From positions 91-64,090 of the forward strand of contig PEYN01000018.1 in assembly GCA_002774355.1 (NCBI GenBank): a stretch of DNA of 64,000 nucleotides. The letters run 5' to 3'. The notes beneath the pieces were generated by a model. The model was not told the origin of the DNA, did not search any database, and was given only the letters and a program-made list of their open reading frames with translations. This stretch comes from Fidelibacterota bacterium CG08_land_8_20_14_0_20_45_22. GTDB taxonomy: Bacteria > Fidelibacterota > UBA2242. Below, piece by piece: positions 19,317 through 28,456 of this stretch. Numbering within the stretch: the first letter of the stretch is position 1; each line of letters begins with the position of its first letter. The translations under genes and the position numbers were made by a program.

Positions 19317-20771
19317 ATGGATTCGCTCCAAAAAGGCATTGCCGAAATCGACGCCCTTTTGGGCGGTAAAACCTATCCAATCGGACCTGAGGCGGAAAAT
19401 AAAGTCATTCGGCCCAGAGGCATCATCGAGAGCTTGGCACACCATGACGGACCGATGGGTGTCTACAAGGATTACTATCGCGGCGGAGAGCAATCGACTT
19501 ACACCTTTTATAATACTTTCCCGAACGGCTTGACTGCCGACATGTATGCCATGATCGCTTCCGATATTATTCTGAATGCCAATGACACAAGAGAACAATT
19601 TGAGACCAAGCTACATGCCTATCAAACGGCGCTGGCGCTTAAAGAATCTTCGCCACTTACCCCCCTGACACCCGACGAACATTTTGGTCTGGCGCTGACC
19701 CTGCTATACGATTTATTGAACGATGAAGAATATTTCGGTAACATCAAGTCGGTCATGAAAATGATCTCCGACGGACGGATCGACAGCCTGCTCGCCACCT
19801 ATGAATGGAGCGATTTCGACGTGCAGGATCAGATTGACGTTATCCGCTATCATGTCGATCAGTATATCGGAAGTCCTGATATAACGAATTATGTGGTTTT
19901 GGTCAAAACTTATGATGATGGTCTGGATTCCTATGTTCTGGGTAAAGACAGTGAATTTTCAATTAATTATCTGACCGTCTCTCAGGTCTACCTCGCAACT
20001 GAGGCGATTGAACAGGCGTGTAAAGCCATGTCAATGATGGCCGATGCATTGACAAGTTTATACAACGAACTCGACCAGATGTTTATTCTGGATCTCGATC
20101 CTGAGTATTTGGATTTCTCTAATGTACAAGGCCCAATGGATATGATCAATATATTGGAACAATCCAATCCGGATTTTATGACTGTCACTCCTTATGGTAT
20201 TGGAAAATTTCATGAAATAGGTGACTGGTTGGAAGACACGTTCGAGAATTTCGGAATATTCTTTGATAATCTGAATGATCTGTTCGTCGCCATGGAACCC
20301 TATCAGGATGACTTTGATATGAATGCCGAAAATATGCAATTTATGTCCGCAATGTCGGCTGACATGGCGTGGAGTCTGTATGAAGATTTTGCAACTCCGG
20401 ATTCTACGGTAATGATCGATGGTGAGCGGGTCAATATATCGGCTTGGTTCGACAATCCGCCGACCAGTTTCCTAACAATGATGAAGAATTTCTTCATGGG
20501 CACCGACAGTACGTTGGGAGGCATGTTCCCAGACCGCTTTAAGGTCGGCATAGCCAAGAGAGACCAGATTTTACCGACTGAGTTCAAACTCTACCCGATA
20601 TATCCGAACCCGTTCAATCCGATGACGAATATCGAATTCGATCTGCCGCAGGAATCCGTCGTGAAATTATCCATTGTTGATTTGCAAGGCCGTACGGTCG
20701 AACAACTCGTAAACAACCGGATGGCGGCTGGCCGGATCACTTATAGAATTCTTTGCAAAACCTCTTCATAA
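19317..20771 (+). CDS. T9SS cargo protein (unknown function) whose C-terminal sorting domain is truncated by an IS insertion
   Basis: C-terminus YPIYPNPFNPMTNIEFDLPQESVVKLSIVDLQGRTVEQLVNNRMAAGRITY is the first two thirds of a T9SS CTD. The reading frame then runs into the IS left end and stops at 20769-20771. Confidence 0.6.
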   Translation: MDSLQKGIAEIDALLGGKTYPIGPEAENKVIRPRGIIESLAHHDGPMGVYKDYYRGGEQSTYTFYNTFPNGLTADMYAMIASDIILNANDTREQFETKLHAYQTALALKESSPLTPLTPDEHFGLALTLLYDLLNDEEYFGNIKSVMKMISDGRIDSLLATYEWSDFDVQDQIDVIRYHVDQYIGSPDITNYVVLVKTYDDGLDSYVLGKDSEFSINYLTVSQVYLATEAIEQACKAMSMMADALTSLYNELDQMFILDLDPEYLDFSNVQGPMDMINILEQSNPDFMTVTPYGIGKFHEIGDWLEDTFENFGIFFDNLNDLFVAMEPYQDDFDMNAENMQFMSAMSADMAWSLYEDFATPDSTVMIDGERVNISAWFDNPPTSFLTMMKNFFMGTDSTLGGMFPDRFKVGIAKRDQILPTEFKLYPIYPNPFNPMTNIEFDLPQESVVKLSIVDLQGRTVEQLVNNRMAAGRITYRILCKTSS

Positions 20772-22010
20772 GGACCTCAGATTTTGGTAAATTTGGGTTG
20801 TTTAAAAAAGGGAGTTGAACGTCAAATGTACCAGTTGAGTCTTGGAGATTATCAAGCCAGTCAAAATCGGATTGTTACGAAAGCGGAAATGAAATTAACA
20901 GAGATAGATAAGATCGTAAAATGGGATCGTCTTGTTGAATTAATTTCAGTAATTGATAAGACTGATAAACACATCGGAGGCCGGCCGCGAAAAGAGACTT
21001 TGATGATGGCGAAAATTCTGTTTGTGCAATATTTGTATAATCTGTCTGATCCAGAGTTAGAAGACCAGTTAAATGACCGACTCTCGTTTCAGCGATTTGC
21101 AGGAATAGGACTTGATATGAAGGTTCCGGACTACAGCACGATATGGAGATTTAAAGAGGCTTTGACAGAGCACAAACTGTTAAGCAGAATATTTGACTTA
21201 ATATTAGACGATTTGAAGTTGAGGGGGTTGATATTAAAGAAAGGGACCATAGTGGATGCGACGATCATACAGTCCTACAATCGCCCATTGAGTGAGAAAA
21301 AAAGAGAGGAACTACAAAAGAATCCAACCCAAACTTCAGGGATCGACATGGATGCCAGATCGACGAAAAAGAACGGGAAATATCATTATGGATATAAGGG
21401 ACATATTGGAACGGATGTGAAAAGCAAGTTGATCCGGCGGGCGTCTTTGACATCAGCCAATGTTCACGACAGTCAGGAAATGGGAGATTTAATCAGCGGT
21501 GACGAGCAATCTGTATTTGGAGATAAGGCATATTTCAGTGACAAGGGTAAACGTGACTTTCGAAGAAAAGGGATTTATTATGGAATCCTGAACAAAGGAA
21601 AACGAGGACATAAATTGTCGGAGAAACAGATCAGACAGAATAAACGACACTCGTCGATCCGGTCGCAGGTTGAGCATCCATTCGCATATATGAAACGCAT
21701 CCTGAATTACGAATGTGCGAGGGCTCGGAATCTGGCGAGGAATGAGTTGAGGTTCATGATGAATTGCATCGTCTATAATCTATTACGAGGCAGTTATTTG
21801 ATTAAAATGGCGGCTTAGTTGGACAGGTACGTCCCGAAGGTGAAATCCTTCAGAAAGCAGGTAAAAATGATAGAAATTGACAAGGGAAAATGCTAAAAAC
21901 TGTATCGACTGGACAGTATCTGGGATCATTCGGGCTAGAAATGACCACCGAAATTTTAAAATTGTGAAAATATTGACCATGAAGTAAAAGGGACGGTTTT
22001 TCAAAGTACT
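20746..22010 (+). mobile_element. IS5-family insertion sequence (~1265 bp) with imperfect terminal inverted repeats and 6-bp target duplication CTTATA
   Basis: CTTATA at 20740-20745 and 22011-22016. Left end GAATTCTTTGCAAAACC pairs with the reverse complement of the right end AGTACTTTGAAAAACC. Excising the element plus one duplicate restores the frame of the interrupted CTD. Confidence 0.75.
20826..21818 (+). CDS. IS5-family DDE transposase
   Basis: Begins MYQLSLGDYQ like IS5 Tnp (MSHQLTFADSE). N-terminal DUF772-type region (RPRKETLMMAKILFVQYLYNLSDPELEDQLNDRLSFQRFAGI), DDE domain with GTIVDATII and GYKGHIGTD. The ORF call 20784 is probably 42 nt too long. Confidence 0.85.
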   Translation: MYQLSLGDYQASQNRIVTKAEMKLTEIDKIVKWDRLVELISVIDKTDKHIGGRPRKETLMMAKILFVQYLYNLSDPELEDQLNDRLSFQRFAGIGLDMKVPDYSTIWRFKEALTEHKLLSRIFDLILDDLKLRGLILKKGTIVDATIIQSYNRPLSEKKREELQKNPTQTSGIDMDARSTKKNGKYHYGYKGHIGTDVKSKLIRRASLTSANVHDSQEMGDLISGDEQSVFGDKAYFSDKGKRDFRRKGIYYGILNKGKRGHKLSEKQIRQNKRHSSIRSQVEHPFAYMKRILNYECARARNLARNELRFMMNCIVYNLLRGSYLIKMAA

Positions 22011-22111
22011 CTTATACATGGAACGCTTCTCGTTATCCCTCCGGAATATATTTTGCCACGGTGGAAATTAATGGTCATCAGACTATCCGGAAGATGACAC
22101 TGCTTAAATAG
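21983..22111 (+). other. Displaced 3' remnant of the IS-interrupted T9SS C-terminal domain
   Basis: The frame after the IS encodes ...YTWNASRYPSGIYFATVEINGHQTIRKMTLLK*, the missing last third of the CTD (compare GKHIVNFNAKELKSGIYFYKIKAG...KRMILIK at 1080-1182). Confidence 0.7.
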
Positions 22112-22119
22112 GAACGGGA

Positions 22120-23568
22120 TTGCACTTAATCCGCATGTTTTATGTGGGGGAAAGCCGAAAACTTTTCCCCACTTTTTTTACGGTTCTATTAATCAGCGCG
22201 CCAGTTTTCGCCGGCCAATGGTACGAGTCGATTTACAGCCTGATGGGCTTTCCGCAAATTAATCAGAGTGTGTCTTCCGAGTCATACTATCATGAAAAAT
22301 ACATTTCCTTTTCGACTGGTTACGATGACGTATATCGCAAAAAAATCTATGGCAAAACAACCCTGACGCTGGCTGAGCAAAGTAATAGGGTGCAATTCGG
22401 ATTGCCCTGGCAAATAGGAAAGACCCGTCATCTTTTCACGGGTGAATTAGCCGAAGATTTCTTGTATTTCAATAATCTTAATGACGAGACCAGCCTTATC
22501 AGCCGGTGCCGGATCGCGAATACCAGAATAGACGCCCGCTGGATTATTTCACGAGGATCCAGTATCTTCAGCCTGGGTACCGAGTACAGTCAGAGCAACA
22601 TGCCCTTCACGATAAACATAAAATCCTTTCCCGAGTCCGAAGACTCCCAAACCAATAAGTATTTCTTTGACTTGCTCGAACCGACTTTCGGAAGGGAATT
22701 GGGCAGTACTCTGAGTCTGAAAAATACCGGTTTTTCCTTTTGGGCTTCGACCAGGTTGAATAGGCGCTGGCGTATCGGCGTTTCGATGCATTATGCGGGT
22801 TTCGATTCTGACTGGCGGATTAACTATATCAATTCAGGTCAAAATGGGAAACGGCGGATAGATATTCCTATGAACGGATTCGATAAGGTTTATCGCTTTT
22901 CTTTACTCCCAAATCAATCTTTGCTAAAAGATATATCAATTACATTTTTCAGGGATAATATCGATTATTTTATCGATAATAACCGTCCTAATATTACTGA
23001 TCTGAAAACTCTCGGCCAGGGAGATATTGGTCGCTCCGGTTCTGCTATCAATATTAATATCGAAAAACAGAAATGGAAAATATCCGGCGGTCTGTCGATT
23101 GCTAATTACGATCTCGATTCATTTTTGCGTACACCAGTCCTTGGATATTATTTATTTTTTCCGATTTCCCATTCGGCTGAATTTAATTTTTCACACGGAC
23201 GGTCCTTCAGCCAGCAGATTGGTTTCGATAACAACTTCGACTTCCGGAATATCAATATCCGAGCTGGTTCAGTTTATACCCACGCTCTTTACGATTTCTG
23301 GATTAAAGGAACAGCCGACCTGATGCTTGGCCTTGAATCTACCCCACTCGATTACCCGTTCAAATACAGTCTACATTTGCTGGATTTACACGCGGAAATG
23401 GAATGGCGTAAAGGTCCGTTTGGATTGACCTATAATTTCCAACAATTAATCCCAATCGGCCGGCGCCTGGACGACAGTCCGATCCGGTTTACCAAGAAAA
23501 CTCCGGGAGTGGAATATACAAATCATGGCGGACAACAGCATCAGATCAATCTCGGATATTATTTTTAA
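22120..23568 (+). CDS. Hypothetical outer-membrane beta-barrel protein
   Basis: Signal-peptide-like N-terminus (TVLLISAPVFAGQ), alternating hydrophobic patterns, C-terminal ...INLGYYF ending in an aromatic residue as in OMP barrels; no recognisable enzymatic motif. Confidence 0.4.
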   Translation: MHLIRMFYVGESRKLFPTFFTVLLISAPVFAGQWYESIYSLMGFPQINQSVSSESYYHEKYISFSTGYDDVYRKKIYGKTTLTLAEQSNRVQFGLPWQIGKTRHLFTGELAEDFLYFNNLNDETSLISRCRIANTRIDARWIISRGSSIFSLGTEYSQSNMPFTINIKSFPESEDSQTNKYFFDLLEPTFGRELGSTLSLKNTGFSFWASTRLNRRWRIGVSMHYAGFDSDWRINYINSGQNGKRRIDIPMNGFDKVYRFSLLPNQSLLKDISITFFRDNIDYFIDNNRPNITDLKTLGQGDIGRSGSAININIEKQKWKISGGLSIANYDLDSFLRTPVLGYYLFFPISHSAEFNFSHGRSFSQQIGFDNNFDFRNINIRAGSVYTHALYDFWIKGTADLMLGLESTPLDYPFKYSLHLLDLHAEMEWRKGPFGLTYNFQQLIPIGRRLDDSPIRFTKKTPGVEYTNHGGQQHQINLGYYF

Positions 23569-23577
23569 CCGCCTGAT

Positions 23578-23670
23578 TTTTTATGCACAATTGCCTACCG
23601 TCATTATCATCCGTCCTATTGCGACTTTTCAACCGGTTTCTGGCTCTGCCGTAGCGCGGAATGATTTGGC
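23578..23670 (+). repeat. Copy B of the dispersed ~90-bp repeat (first copy at 18254..18345)
   Basis: See copy A; lies 30-120 nt upstream of the RluA-family gene start. Confidence 0.6.
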
Positions 23671-23701
23671 ATTTCCGCCGAATTGCCGGAAATTAGCCAT
23701 T

Positions 23702-24382
23702 ATGAAAAATCAACCGAATCCATCGTTAAAAATCATCTATGAGGACAATCATTTGCTGGTTGTCGACAAACCGGCGGGAACTCTGATGCAGGGCGATCAA
23801 ACCGGTGATATTACACTTTTGGAGATTGCCAGAAGTTACATCAAAGAGAAATATCAAAAACCCGGCGATGTTTTCCTCGGGCTCGTCCATCGCATCGACA
23901 GACCGGCGTCCGGAGTGGTCGTTTTTGCCAGAACTTCCAAAGCCGCCGCGCGCCTGACTGTGCAATTTCAGACGAAGCAAGTGACGAAAATTTACCGCGT
24001 TCTCGTCGAAGGAAAAATTCCCGACTCCGGAACATGGAAGGACGACATTCTGCGTGACAACGTGACGAGCAGAATTGTGAAAAGCGGCAAGGGGCAACCT
24101 GCGGAGTTGCATTTTCGGCGACTGAATTACGAAAACGGCTACTCACTCGCCGAGGTTGAAATTGTCACCGGGCGACATCATCAGATTCGCGTTCAGTTCG
24201 CGCATCGCGGATTTCCGGTATTCGGCGATCTTCGTTACGGTTCAAAAACCAAATTCAATGACGGTACCGCCATCGCGCTTCATTCCTATTTGTTGTCGTT
24301 CAATCATCCGACGAAAAACGAGCGAATGACGTTTGTCAGCGAGCCGGACGCCTCGTGGGGACTTTACATCAATTTGAGATGA
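23702..24382 (+). CDS. RluA-family pseudouridine synthase
   Basis: DKPAG...HRIDRPASG catalytic motif (HRLD-type with Asp). About 226 aa from the internal Met MKNQPN; the longer ORF call 23525 would overlap the upstream gene and the repeat. Confidence 0.85.
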   Translation: MKNQPNPSLKIIYEDNHLLVVDKPAGTLMQGDQTGDITLLEIARSYIKEKYQKPGDVFLGLVHRIDRPASGVVVFARTSKAAARLTVQFQTKQVTKIYRVLVEGKIPDSGTWKDDILRDNVTSRIVKSGKGQPAELHFRRLNYENGYSLAEVEIVTGRHHQIRVQFAHRGFPVFGDLRYGSKTKFNDGTAIALHSYLLSFNHPTKNERMTFVSEPDASWGLYINLR

Positions 24383-25359
24383 GCGACATGTCGTTCCCGA
24401 AAAACAGCGTCCAGATTGCCGGGATTAAAAGCCTTTCTGAAGCAAAAATGCTGATGGATTGCGACGTCGATTTTCTCGGATTTCCGCTGAAATTAGCCGT
24501 TCATCGGGAAGATATTCCGTCCGAAAAAGTCGCCGAAATTATTCAAAATCTGAAAATCGCCGATCAGTCTATTTTGATTACGTACTTAGATCGCGCCGAA
24601 GGGATTCTCGATCTGGCAGATTTTCTCGGCTTGTCGATTGTCCAGATTCACGGAATGATTACGATACCGGAACTCGTCAAGATAAAACAACAGCGTCCGC
24701 GACTTCGCCTCATTAAAAGCCTGATCGTCAAAACGGGTTTGACCGAATTATCCATCGATGTCGAACGTTTCTCGTCGCTGGTCGATGCGTTTATTCTTGA
24801 TTCGTACGATCCGAAAACCGGCGCCAGCGGCGCGACCGGCAGAACTCATGATTGGAACATCAGCCGGAAGTTGGTTGAATTTTCGCCCGAACCGGTGATT
24901 CTCGCCGGCGGACTGAATTCCGGAAACGTCCGGAAAGCCATTCTGGATGTTAGACCGGCGGCGGTCGATGCGCACACAGGCGTCGAAGATTCAAACGGCG
25001 ATAAAGTGCGGCAACTGGTGGAAAAATTCGTTTCGGAGGCGCGAGATGCTTTTCGACTGGTAAATTTGAAAGAGGAAAACGCCAATTCCATCGAAATTCC
25101 GATCGACGGAACGCTAGACCTACATACTTTCCAGCCGCGCGAAGTGAAAGAATTGTTGGCTGATTATCTTTCCGAATGTCGTCGGCGCGGCATTTTTCAG
25201 GTTCGGATCATTCACGGCAAAGGAACCGGCGCTCTTAGGGAAACTGTTCATCATTTTTTAGAGAAAATGCCATCGGAAGTCGATTCTTACCGACTTTCGG
25301 ATGAAACAGGCGGCGGTTGGGGTGCAACGGTCGTCACTTTAAAGGAAATAGATTTGTAA
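24379..25359 (+). CDS. Fusion protein: phosphoribosylanthranilate isomerase (TrpF) domain plus C-terminal Smr domain
   Basis: The N-terminal ~210 aa are PRAI-like (VQIAGIKSL...DFLGF...ILAGGLNSGNV). The C-terminal ~85 aa are LDLHTFQPREVKELLADYLSECRRRGIFQVRIIHGKGTGALRETVHHFLE, the LDLHG...HGKG Smr signature. ATGA overlap with the rluA-family stop. Confidence 0.75.
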   Translation: MSDMSFPKNSVQIAGIKSLSEAKMLMDCDVDFLGFPLKLAVHREDIPSEKVAEIIQNLKIADQSILITYLDRAEGILDLADFLGLSIVQIHGMITIPELVKIKQQRPRLRLIKSLIVKTGLTELSIDVERFSSLVDAFILDSYDPKTGASGATGRTHDWNISRKLVEFSPEPVILAGGLNSGNVRKAILDVRPAAVDAHTGVEDSNGDKVRQLVEKFVSEARDAFRLVNLKEENANSIEIPIDGTLDLHTFQPREVKELLADYLSECRRRGIFQVRIIHGKGTGALRETVHHFLEKMPSEVDSYRLSDETGGGWGATVVTLKEIDL

Positions 25360-25373
25360 AAATAATAAATTTT

Positions 25374-25397
25374 CGGACAAATCGGCTGTCCGTTTTT
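25374..25397 (+). terminator. Rho-independent terminator after the TrpF-Smr gene, upstream of glmS
   Basis: CGGACA-aatcggc-TGTCCG followed by TTTTT. Confidence 0.55.
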
Positions 25398-25423
25398 GCA
25401 CTCTTTTATAGGAGCAAACTGAT

Positions 25424-27223
25424 ATGTGTGGAATCATCGCTTACATTGGCAATCGTCCGGCATTGACGATTCTTTTAGATGGGTTGAAAAAGTTGGAGTA
25501 TCGCGGTTACGACAGTTCGGGCTTTTCTGTCATTACCGGAACTGATATGGTGACGGTCAAGCGCCAAGGCAGAATTTTGGAACTGGAAAAAGCCGTTGAT
25601 TCCAGCGTCACTGATAGTCGGATCGGAATTGCTCATACGCGCTGGGCGACTCACGGCGAGCCGAATGAAGTCAACGCGCATCCGCATCTTTCCTGCGACC
25701 GGTCGATTGCCATTGTTCATAACGGCATTATCGAGAATTATTCGGTTTTAAAAGAGGTGCTGATGCGGGAAGGGCACAAATTCGCATCGGAAACTGATTC
25801 GGAAGTAATTGTGCATCTGATTGAGAAATTCTATCGTGGAAATCTGGAATCTGCCGTTGCGGCGGCTCTGGAAAATGTCGAAGGAACCTATGGCCTTGCT
25901 GTTCTTCACCGTTTGGAAAATAAAATTGTCGTTGCCCGGAAAGGCTCGCCAATGGTCATCGGTTTAGGTCAGGACGAGACGATTGTGGCGTCGGACGCCG
26001 TTGCGATTGTCGAACATACTAAAAAGGTGGTCTATTTGAACGACAACGAAATCGCCACCGTCACAGAAGCGGAATGTGTCATTCGAAAATTGGACGGAAG
26101 CACGATCACGCCCGAAGTTCAGGAAATCCGATGGACGGCCGGTCAGATTGAGAAAAGAGGCTTCAAGCACTTCATGCTCAAGGAAATCTACGAGCAACCG
26201 GAAGCTATTCTGAACACGCTTCGAGGTCGGATCAAGGATGGCCAGATCAAACTTTCTTTATCAGTCGATTTCGGAAGAGTTAAACGAATTCTTCTCACTG
26301 CCTGCGGAACTAGCTGGCATTCGGCTCTTATTGGGAAATTTTACTTTGAAAAATATTCGGGCATTCCAGCGGAAGTTGATTATGCTTCCGAATTTCGCTA
26401 TCGGCAAGGCATTATTGATGAGAATGTTCTCGTCGTCGTTATCTCGCAATCGGGAGAAACAGCGGACACGTTAGCGGCTCTCCGCAAGGCCAAATCCGCT
26501 GGCGCACAGGTCATCGGAATTGTGAATGCTGTCGGCTCGACGATCGCCCGCGAAGTGACTTCCGGAATTTATCTTCATGCCGGACCTGAAATCGGCGTCG
26601 CCAGCACAAAGGCGTTTGTTTGTCAGACGATGGCACTGTTGCTGTTAAGTCTCCGGTTTCGGCAGGAAAAAAGTCTGCCAGTCTCGGATGCGCTCATCAA
26701 AAATTTGACTCAAATTCCGGCGCAGGTTAGGGAAATTCTCAACAGTGCATCACAAATTGCGAAAATTGCTTCGGATTACTTGCAAAAGACAAATGCACTT
26801 TATCTCGGACGGGGCATCAATTTTCCCGTTGCACTTGAAGGAGCGTTAAAGTTAAAGGAGATTTCCTACATTCACGCCGAAGGATATCCCGCGGCAGAAA
26901 TGAAACACGGGCCGATTGCGCTGATCGACGAAAATATGCCGGTTATATTTTTAGCGACAAATGGTCAAGTTTTCGATAAAGTCCTGTCGAATATGCAGGA
27001 AGTCAAGGCTCGTCACGGTATAATTCTGACTGTCACAGATTGTGAGAATAAACTGATCAGCGCTTTGTCAAACCATATTTTTTATGTTCCGAAGACAGAT
27101 GAGGATTTATCGCCTTTGCTCAATGCTATACCGTTACAACTGCTGGCATACGAAATTGCCGATCAAAAAGGTTTGAATGTCGATAAGCCGCGCAATTTGG
27201 CAAAATCGGTCACGGTTGAATAA
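25424..27223 (+). CDS. glmS: Glutamine--fructose-6-phosphate aminotransferase (isomerizing)
   Basis: MCGIIAYIG N-terminal nucleophile Cys, two SIS domains, 599 aa. Confidence 0.95.
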   Translation: MCGIIAYIGNRPALTILLDGLKKLEYRGYDSSGFSVITGTDMVTVKRQGRILELEKAVDSSVTDSRIGIAHTRWATHGEPNEVNAHPHLSCDRSIAIVHNGIIENYSVLKEVLMREGHKFASETDSEVIVHLIEKFYRGNLESAVAAALENVEGTYGLAVLHRLENKIVVARKGSPMVIGLGQDETIVASDAVAIVEHTKKVVYLNDNEIATVTEAECVIRKLDGSTITPEVQEIRWTAGQIEKRGFKHFMLKEIYEQPEAILNTLRGRIKDGQIKLSLSVDFGRVKRILLTACGTSWHSALIGKFYFEKYSGIPAEVDYASEFRYRQGIIDENVLVVVISQSGETADTLAALRKAKSAGAQVIGIVNAVGSTIAREVTSGIYLHAGPEIGVASTKAFVCQTMALLLLSLRFRQEKSLPVSDALIKNLTQIPAQVREILNSASQIAKIASDYLQKTNALYLGRGINFPVALEGALKLKEISYIHAEGYPAAEMKHGPIALIDENMPVIFLATNGQVFDKVLSNMQEVKARHGIILTVTDCENKLISALSNHIFYVPKTDEDLSPLLNAIPLQLLAYEIADQKGLNVDKPRNLAKSVTVE

Positions 27224-27234
27224 TCCGGAAACCG

Positions 27235-28449
27235 CTAATATTTTACAATACTCGCCGCAACAATATTTGCCACCAGTGACCGGAGCCGAATGGCGCTGCT
27301 GTTTGGTATATGAACGGCGTTCGTCAGCAAAATGACGATCGTTTCGGTTTTGGGATCGACGCAGATCGATGTGCCGGTAAAGCCGGTGTGACCGAATGTT
27401 CCTTCGGGAAACAGATCGCCGAGATTCGAGTTGTATGCAGAGTTCACATCCCATCCGAGTCCGCGTCCAGCGAAGGCGAGATCTGAATAAACCGATGTCA
27501 TTGCTTGAACGGTCAGCGGCGAAAAAATACGCGTTCCGCCGTAGGTTCCGCCATTTAATAGCATTTGGCAGAAGATTGCCAGATCGTCGATGGTTGAAAA
27601 GAGTCCGGCATTTCCGGATTTTCCGTCCATGAGTTGAGCGAGCGGATCATGAACGAATCCTCTCAACGGTTTTCCATTGATGACTTCCGTCGGCGCGATG
27701 CGTGGCTGGAATTTTTCCGGCGGGCAGAACAGGGTGCTTTTCATGCCAAGTGGCGTAAAAATGCGTTCCTGCGAAAATTCATCAATCGTTTTACCAGAAA
27801 TTCTGTGAACAATCTCAGCAAGCGTGATGAATCCGAGACAACTGTAATCAAAGACCTTTCCGGGCGGATTCTGTTTCTTGATTGTCGCGATAGTTTGAAC
27901 AAGCTGGTCGGGGCATGGCGAGCCAAATTTTTCTTTCAATGCGTTTGCATTAGTATAAGGCGGTAAACCGGAGGTATGCGTCAATAAATGGTAAACCCGG
28001 ATGGGTTCGTCTTTCTTTCCGACGGAATCGATAAAGTCGGTATATTCAGGAATGTACAGTTTCACCGGGTCTGCGAGACGTATTTTCCCTTCCTCAACAA
28101 GAAGCATAACGGAGGAAGCTGTTGCAACCGGTTTTGTGCAGGAAGCCATGTCAAATATTTTATCTTCGGTCATTTTTTCAACGGTTGGTGTCAGTTGGGC
28201 GTTGCCGTATGCTTTTCGATATGCGATGTAACCTTTTCGTGCGATGAGCAACGTGGCGCCGGGGATTTTTCCATCCGATATATGTTGTTGAATCACTGCA
28301 TCGACGCGCTGGAGTTTTTCAAGATCGAATCCGGCGTTCTGTGCTTGACCGCTTAAGAGATGATCGCCTGCAACTAATATCTGTCCGAAAATGAGTGTCA
28401 GGCTAAATAGTCCGATTAGCAATTTTTTGATTGCCTGCTTTTGATTCAT
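27235..28449 (-). CDS. Serine hydrolase, beta-lactamase / penicillin-binding protein family (PF00144-like)
   Basis: Signal peptide; SxxK active site motif ASCTK; class C beta-lactamase-like fold length (404 aa). Confidence 0.8.
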   Translation of the reverse strand: MNQKQAIKKLLIGLFSLTLIFGQILVAGDHLLSGQAQNAGFDLEKLQRVDAVIQQHISDGKIPGATLLIARKGYIAYRKAYGNAQLTPTVEKMTEDKIFDMASCTKPVATASSVMLLVEEGKIRLADPVKLYIPEYTDFIDSVGKKDEPIRVYHLLTHTSGLPPYTNANALKEKFGSPCPDQLVQTIATIKKQNPPGKVFDYSCLGFITLAEIVHRISGKTIDEFSQERIFTPLGMKSTLFCPPEKFQPRIAPTEVINGKPLRGFVHDPLAQLMDGKSGNAGLFSTIDDLAIFCQMLLNGGTYGGTRIFSPLTVQAMTSVYSDLAFAGRGLGWDVNSAYNSNLGDLFPEGTFGHTGFTGTSICVDPKTETIVILLTNAVHIPNSSAIRLRSLVANIVAASIVKY

Positions 28450-28456
28450 GATGACC

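Noticed and set aside
23525-23701. Upstream extension of the RluA-family ORF (start 23525)
   Set aside because: The extension overlaps the end of the preceding gene and is translated from the dispersed repeat (…LPTVIIIRPIATFQPVSG…); the family-typical N-terminus begins at the internal Met at 23702.
25360-25423. glmS ribozyme upstream of glmS
   Set aside because: The only structure is a simple 6-bp hairpin followed by T5, which behaves as the terminator of the upstream gene. None of the conserved glmS ribozyme core segments were recognised, and the spacer (64 nt) is too short.
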